NCBI GenBank assembly: GCA_964471825.1 | Contig: CAYYKD010000008.1 | Span: 5,867 to 69,866, forward strand | Origin: an uncultured Spirochaetales bacterium | GTDB taxonomy: Bacteria; Spirochaetota; GWE2-31-10; CAYYKD01 | Reading direction: 5' to 3' | DNA length: 64,000 nucleotides | Shown: positions 59,432 to 64,000 of the stretch, one piece after another | Numbering within the stretch: the first letter of the stretch is position 1 | Layout: each line of letters begins with the position of its first letter | The notes under the pieces: model-generated | The model's input: only the letters and a program-made list of their open reading frames with translations | Databases searched by the model: none | Told to the model about the DNA's origin: nothing | Position numbers and translations under genes: made by a program

Positions 59432-59870
59432 TTTTTAATCATCCAGAGTTAATTAAGCAATATGCTATTTGTTTAAAAATGTTAAAAATAATTAAATACA
59501 AATTACTAAAATCAATTATTACGGATTATTACGGATTTTTTATTTGCAAAAAAAAAAAAAATCAGATACAATATTAAAATATTAATTTGTTATTAAAGAA
59601 GAGGCTCTTAGAAAAATCATTATTTTTGCCGGATTAGGAACAGATGGGTCGAGTATATGACCAAGTACAATGCTGTTAGGTGAGTACATTTGACAAAAAA
59701 GAATGTTCTGCTATCGAACACATCAAGTATGACACTTGTTTTTGATACTATAAAAAATAACGATGAGATTTCGATTTAACGAAATTTAGCAGGGTCCTCT
59801 ATAATCTGTAGTTTTTATGCAGATGTTAATAAGAGATTTATATAAATAAACAAGATTAGGGAGTATTTAA

Positions 59871-60740
59871 ATGAAATTAGACTCAGTAAAAAATAAAAAC
59901 TTTGTGATAACAGGTGGCGGAACTGGATTAGGTAAAGAAATGGCAAAAATCCTTCTTGAAAATAAAGCTAATGTAGCAATTATCGGTAGAAGACTTGAGC
60001 CACTAACAAAATTTGCTTCAGAGTTTGAATCACAAAAGAAAAAGGGTGGAAAACTATTTACTATTCAAGGTGACATTTCAACTAAAGAGGGGTGTGAAAA
60101 AGTTTTACAGAAAATTAAGACAACACTCGGAAACTATGAGATATTAATTAACAATGCCGGAGTGTTCTTCTCCGGTAAGTTTGAGGACACAGAGTTCTCT
60201 GATATTGATAAAATGCTTGATACAAACTTGAAAGGGTTGATCTATTTTACTAAACTCTCACTTCCTAATATAAGAGCCGCAAAAAAACCAGCGATCATAA
60301 ATATATCATCTATTGCCGGTAAAGTCGGCATGCCTTTTATGACTATCTATTCTACTACGAAGTTTGCTGTAGCTGGCTTTACTGAAGCCCTTAGACGAGA
60401 GCTTGTAGATCAGGTTAAAGTAATTGGAGTCTATCCCTCAGGAATCTCTACAGGTTTCATGGGCGAAGCACAATCAAAATTACAAAAGAGTAAATTTAAA
60501 TTTGATAAACCAGATAATGTAGCTTTAAGAATAATTGAAGGATTTGTTAAAGGTGAGGATGAAATTATCATAGGAGATCATTCAAAAAGTACTGTTTTTT
60601 GGAATACAGCAAATAAAAAAACGGTTGATAATTCATTCAGAAAAATGAAGACAAAGATTATGAGTGCCGTCAATGGAGCTAGTTCTGAAAAAGAAAAGAT
60701 TTTTCCGGTAGACAAGAAAGTTTTTAAGTCGAACAAATAA
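59871..60740 (+). CDS. Short-chain dehydrogenase/reductase (SDR) family oxidoreductase
   Basis: TGGGTGLGKEMA Rossmann motif and the catalytic YSTTK. Confidence 0.8.
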   Translation: MKLDSVKNKNFVITGGGTGLGKEMAKILLENKANVAIIGRRLEPLTKFASEFESQKKKGGKLFTIQGDISTKEGCEKVLQKIKTTLGNYEILINNAGVFFSGKFEDTEFSDIDKMLDTNLKGLIYFTKLSLPNIRAAKKPAIINISSIAGKVGMPFMTIYSTTKFAVAGFTEALRRELVDQVKVIGVYPSGISTGFMGEAQSKLQKSKFKFDKPDNVALRIIEGFVKGEDEIIIGDHSKSTVFWNTANKKTVDNSFRKMKTKIMSAVNGASSEKEKIFPVDKKVFKSNK

Positions 60741-60890
60741 CTTAATTAAAAACTCATACATTATTTAGAATATTTAACTATGCTATAATTGTAGATTTAT
60801 TCTGAAAAGATATATTAACTGACATAAATTTTAACACCGTCAATTAAAAATGGCGATTTTGATAATTTAATCATTTAGGTTGTAAAAAAG

Positions 60891-62531
60891 ATGAATTATT
60901 TTTTAAACATTGCTGTAGATGACATTAGAATAGGCAGTTTTTTAGGCGGTGTGCTTTTTATTACCGGATTATACTATATCTGTTTTTATTTACTGCAGAA
61001 GAAAGAGCGACACCTTTTGTACTTCGGGCTATTTTGTATAGCTATCTTATTTAGGCAACTCACCCCACTGGCTAAGGATATCGTGGTGGGGAGGGCAGCT
61101 GATTTTAGTATAAATCTAATTGATAATATATCTTTTTTTGTAGCCCTACCATTGTTTATTTCATTTATTACATCGTTATTTCAAAATAAGTATAGTAAAA
61201 TATCAAAGATAATTTTCTATGTAATTTCAATATTTCTAATAATATTAAATATTATAGGAATTGCAAAATTGGCAGCTCTTTCAACTATCCTTTATCAAAT
61301 AGTAGCATCATTAGCGATTATATTCATATTTACAATTCTTATAGAATCAGTAAGAAAGCACGAAGCAGGAGCTTTCTATACATTGTTAGGGTTTATAATA
61401 TTCATATCTCTATTATTAATAGATGTAGTGATATCTGATTTTCAACCAAAAATCGGGTTCTTTACACAGACCGGTATAATTATATTTGTATTCTCAAATG
61501 CCTATATACTTGCATATAGATACTACAGATATATTGCTCTGTCAAGCATAGAGAAGAACAATCTTGGAGAATTTTCAAAGGGACTTGAAGCTCGTAATGT
61601 TATTCTCACCGAGTCAAATAAACTGAAAAAGGATCTATATAAAAATGTTGCCTCAATCATTAAATCCCCTATTGATGAGATTACAACGATTGTTAAAGAA
61701 CTCCATTCATCGGGACGCCTAGACAAGATAACTGTCCATAGAAGTGTAAATAACCTAATAAAAATAATTGATAACACAATTATTGAAGAAAATTTAAAAA
61801 AATTAATCATCCATGAGATGTCATCATTCGCCATGAACTATGATACCATTGATGATCTACGCCTCTATATTATAGACCGGTTAGAAAAACTATTTGAAGA
61901 TAACAGTTTTATTATTGATGAGCTTGTAAAAATTGAAGGAGTGGTGGAAGAAAACAATTTAACAAGAATTAGAAATCTGGTAAAAATTCAAACCGCTGCA
62001 TCACGGATATCATCATTTATTAATAATATCCAGAACATTATAAATATTGACAATGAAACAATGAAGATTTTCCCGGAACCAAATGTTATAAGAAGATTGA
62101 TTGCCGGTGTCATGGTAGAGGCCAGAAAAATACTAAATGAATCAGGTAAAAATGAGTCCTTAGAGTTAAAGTGCAATATATCTGACAATGTTCCTGAAAA
62201 ATGTCTATTTGATTATATTCAAACAGAAATGGTATTAAACAACTTTCTCTCAAATGCTATAAAACATACAGATAAAGGTGAGATAGAGATGCTGTGTTAT
62301 ATGGATGAAAATGAAGTTAAAATTGAAGTCAGGGATACAGGCAGTGGTATTCCCGATGATTTAAAAGAAACCATATTTAGCGATTTTGGTCTAACAAGTG
62401 AAAATCATAATCAAGGATTACTTCTGTCTCTATCAAAGAGGATAATCAAAATGCAGGGGGGAAATATTGGGTTTAAGTCGACGGTGAATTTAGGCTCGAT
62501 ATTTTGGATAACCTTAAAACATGCCGAATAA
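60891..62531 (+). CDS. 7TM-receptor-linked histidine-kinase-like protein (7 TM helices + HATPase_c; no canonical H-box)
   Basis: Seven N-terminal hydrophobic helices. C-terminal N box (NFLSNAIKHT) and G boxes (DTGSGIPDD, GLLLSLSKRI). The only H-box candidate is IIHEMSS. Confidence 0.55.
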   Translation: MNYFLNIAVDDIRIGSFLGGVLFITGLYYICFYLLQKKERHLLYFGLFCIAILFRQLTPLAKDIVVGRAADFSINLIDNISFFVALPLFISFITSLFQNKYSKISKIIFYVISIFLIILNIIGIAKLAALSTILYQIVASLAIIFIFTILIESVRKHEAGAFYTLLGFIIFISLLLIDVVISDFQPKIGFFTQTGIIIFVFSNAYILAYRYYRYIALSSIEKNNLGEFSKGLEARNVILTESNKLKKDLYKNVASIIKSPIDEITTIVKELHSSGRLDKITVHRSVNNLIKIIDNTIIEENLKKLIIHEMSSFAMNYDTIDDLRLYIIDRLEKLFEDNSFIIDELVKIEGVVEENNLTRIRNLVKIQTAASRISSFINNIQNIINIDNETMKIFPEPNVIRRLIAGVMVEARKILNESGKNESLELKCNISDNVPEKCLFDYIQTEMVLNNFLSNAIKHTDKGEIEMLCYMDENEVKIEVRDTGSGIPDDLKETIFSDFGLTSENHNQGLLLSLSKRIIKMQGGNIGFKSTVNLGSIFWITLKHAE

Positions 62532-62558
62532 ATATAGTAAATCTGATGTAGAATACTA

Positions 62559-62601
62559 GAAGCTCTTGCAAAAATTCAAAATTTATTATTGCAAGAGCCT
62601 C
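62559..62601. repeat. Palindromic intergenic repeat, family B copy 3
   Basis: GAAGCTCTTGCAAAAATTCAAAATTTATTATTGCAAGAGCCTC with 10-11-bp perfect arms. Lies between convergent genes. Confidence 0.7.
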
Positions 62602-62648
62602 ACTAAAAAAAATTAAGCGGCAAAAAAAAGTAATTTTTGTAAGAACAT

Positions 62649-63407
62649 TTATTGATTGTGAAATCCTGTACCTGGAATTCTAAAAATCTTATCAAGATGA
62701 TCGAACCCCTTTGTAACTATATATATTAAGAAAAGATATACAATACAGAGAATGATAAAAGATGGTATATAGTAATATGTCATTGAGAAGAAGTTCTGAA
62801 ATGCAAAGTAAAACTCTTCAACTTGTATTATACCTGCTACAGAGGTGTATTGCAATAGATAGACCATCTCGTTTGAAAGGGCAGGTATTGAAAACCTTAG
62901 GGCCTGCGGAATCATAATTGTTCTTATGGCACCCCACTTCGAGAGGCCGATTGAATATGCGGCTTCCATCTGCGTTTTTGAAATTGCGAGGAAACCACCT
63001 CTTATGTAGTCAGCCTGATAACAGGTACTATTAATAATGAACCCTATTGTTGCGGCATTTAAAGGTGTTATCTTAATCTGTTGAGGAATCGATGTAAACC
63101 CAATGACCTGAATAAAAAACCAATCTAAGTTTAATGATACTATTATCTCTCTGATTGGTAGTGATGGTATGCCATAATATATAAAAAATAGTTGGACTAG
63201 AAGCGGAGTCCCCTTAATAATTAATATGAACGAAGATATAAAAAGTTTAATCGGCCTATATGAATAAATTGAAAGGATAACCATAGGAAGTGCAATTAAA
63301 AAACCAACAACTGCTGACATTATGGTTAATCTTATTGTTATTAATAGACCTCTAAATATTCCGGGAAGATATCCCACTATAGCAGTAAAAAATGTCGAAT
63401 CTTCCAT
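62649..63407 (-). CDS. Polar amino acid ABC transporter permease (His/Glu/Gln/Arg/opine family)
   Basis: 252 aa with an EAA-like permease loop. Adjacent to the ATPase. Confidence 0.8.
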   Translation of the reverse strand: MEDSTFFTAIVGYLPGIFRGLLITIRLTIMSAVVGFLIALPMVILSIYSYRPIKLFISSFILIIKGTPLLVQLFFIYYGIPSLPIREIIVSLNLDWFFIQVIGFTSIPQQIKITPLNAATIGFIINSTCYQADYIRGGFLAISKTQMEAAYSIGLSKWGAIRTIMIPQALRFSIPALSNEMVYLLQYTSVAGIIQVEEFYFAFQNFFSMTYYYIPSFIILCIVYLFLIYIVTKGFDHLDKIFRIPGTGFHNQ

Positions 63408-63439
63408 TAAATTAATCCTATCGTAAATTAATAATAAAC

Positions 63440-64000
63440 CTAGCAGTATACATGGAGTATTTTACACAAAAAATCGCGTGTTCTCTGATGTTTAGCATTT
63501 GAGAATATCTCAGAAGGTGTGCCTGTTTCAACGATTTGTCCTTCATCCATAAAAATAATTTCATTGGCAACGGATTTCGCAAAACCCATCTCATGGGTAA
63601 CACAGATCATCGTCATTCCCTCAAGAGCAAGTTTCTGCATAACAGATAGTACGCCACCAATTAATTCAGGGTCTAATGCAGATGTAGGTTCATCAAATAA
63701 AATAAGAAGCGGATCCATTGCCAGAGCTCTTGCAATTCCAACCCTCTGCTTTTGGCCTCCTGATAACATTGAGGGATACTTGTCCATATGTTTATCAAGA
63801 CCAACGCGTACAAGTTCAAACTTTGCCTTGTCAATTGCATCTTTTTTGGGAATTTTTTTTACTTTAATTAATCCAAGTGCAACATTATCAAGTGCAGTAA
63901 GATGATCAAAAAGTGCAAATGTCTGAAATACCATTCCAATCTTTTGTCTATATTGTTCAATGTGCCGTTTAACCGCTGTTAATTCAATATTCTCTAAATA
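63440..64000 (-). CDS. Polar amino acid ABC transporter ATP-binding protein, N-terminus beyond the window end
   Basis: Q-loop/signature LSGGQKQRVGIARAL, Walker B LILFDEPTSALD, H-loop. The frame stays open upstream of the first in-window Met (...LENIELTAVKRHIEQYRQKIGMVFQ), so the Walker A lies outside the window. Confidence 0.85.
   Translation of the reverse strand, partial: YLENIELTAVKRHIEQYRQKIGMVFQTFALFDHLTALDNVALGLIKVKKIPKKDAIDKAKFELVRVGLDKHMDKYPSMLSGGQKQRVGIARALAMDPLLILFDEPTSALDPELIGGVLSVMQKLALEGMTMICVTHEMGFAKSVANEIIFMDEGQIVETGTPSEIFSNAKHQRTRDFLCKILHVYC

Noticed and set aside
44663-63905. Numerous 60-130-aa ORFs antisense to or nested in large genes. Examples: 44663..45037, 45709..45933, 49098..49364, 50722..51009, 50774..51031, 53645..53902, 54466..54699, 55462..55746, 56089..56340, 56389..56580, 57243..57485, 57602..57856, 61523..61834, 61988..62188, 63418..63603, 63519..63905
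   Set aside because: All lie inside well-supported genes (hslV/U, dnaG, rpoD, uvrC, the kinases, ABC ATPase) on the opposite strand or in another frame. They have Ser/Thr/low-complexity compositions and no RBS.

Overview
This is an AT-rich (roughly 30% GC by eye), gene-dense chromosomal window. Genes use Shine-Dalgarno sites, and the organism looks diderm: YidC has a large periplasmic domain, and there are OM/lipoprotein-type proteins and a BspA-type LRR lipoprotein. The lineage cannot be assigned from sequence alone. The gene content is spirochete-like or 'free-living anaerobe'-like, including DapL, a type-II NADP-IDH, and many MCP and c-di-GMP proteins.

The window spans the replication-origin neighbourhood. 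On the minus strand, in order, lie dapL, a hypothetical gene, jag, yidC, yidD, rnpA, rpmH, a DUF721/DciA-like gene, recF, dnaN and dnaA. AT-rich intergenic regions rich in DnaA-box-like motifs flank dnaA and are candidate oriC. On the plus strand follow icd, mnmA, and later hslVU, a tRNA-Met(CAT) and dnaG-rpoD-uvrC.

Other content includes:
- a GldA/GldF/GldG-like ABC system with a DUF4340 partner;
- a bioG-bioC-bioD cluster;
- two classical two-component pairs, plus a Y_Y_Y/HisKA_3 sensor kinase with a NarL-type regulator 5 kb away;
- an MCP;
- a local c-di-GMP neighbourhood (GGDEF, REC-PilZ, dual-REC);
- a YaeQ-family protein, an M14 peptidase, a transglutaminase-like protein, an SDR, and a polar-amino-acid ABC transporter that runs off the 3' end.

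No rRNA, CRISPR array, integrase or intact transposase was seen.

The observations most worth follow-up are:
1. rnpA is split by a 1-nt frameshift exactly at a T10/A10 homopolymer.
2. A 95-nt, relatively GC-rich, strongly structured palindromic element occurs in two 94/95-identical intergenic copies. A possible degenerate relative lies next to the tRNA.
3. A second, 42-47-nt palindromic intergenic repeat family (core CTCTTGCAAAA-TTCAAAATTT-...-TTGCAAGA) occurs in three copies.
4. A 16-bp perfect palindrome TGTTTCACGTGAAACA is duplicated in the promoter and the body of a J-domain gene.
5. A perfect 15-bp inverted repeat sits in a divergent promoter.
6. A perfect 17-nt direct repeat lies upstream of hslV.
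7. The LRR lipoprotein and two other surface-protein genes carry highly regular in-frame tandem repeats.
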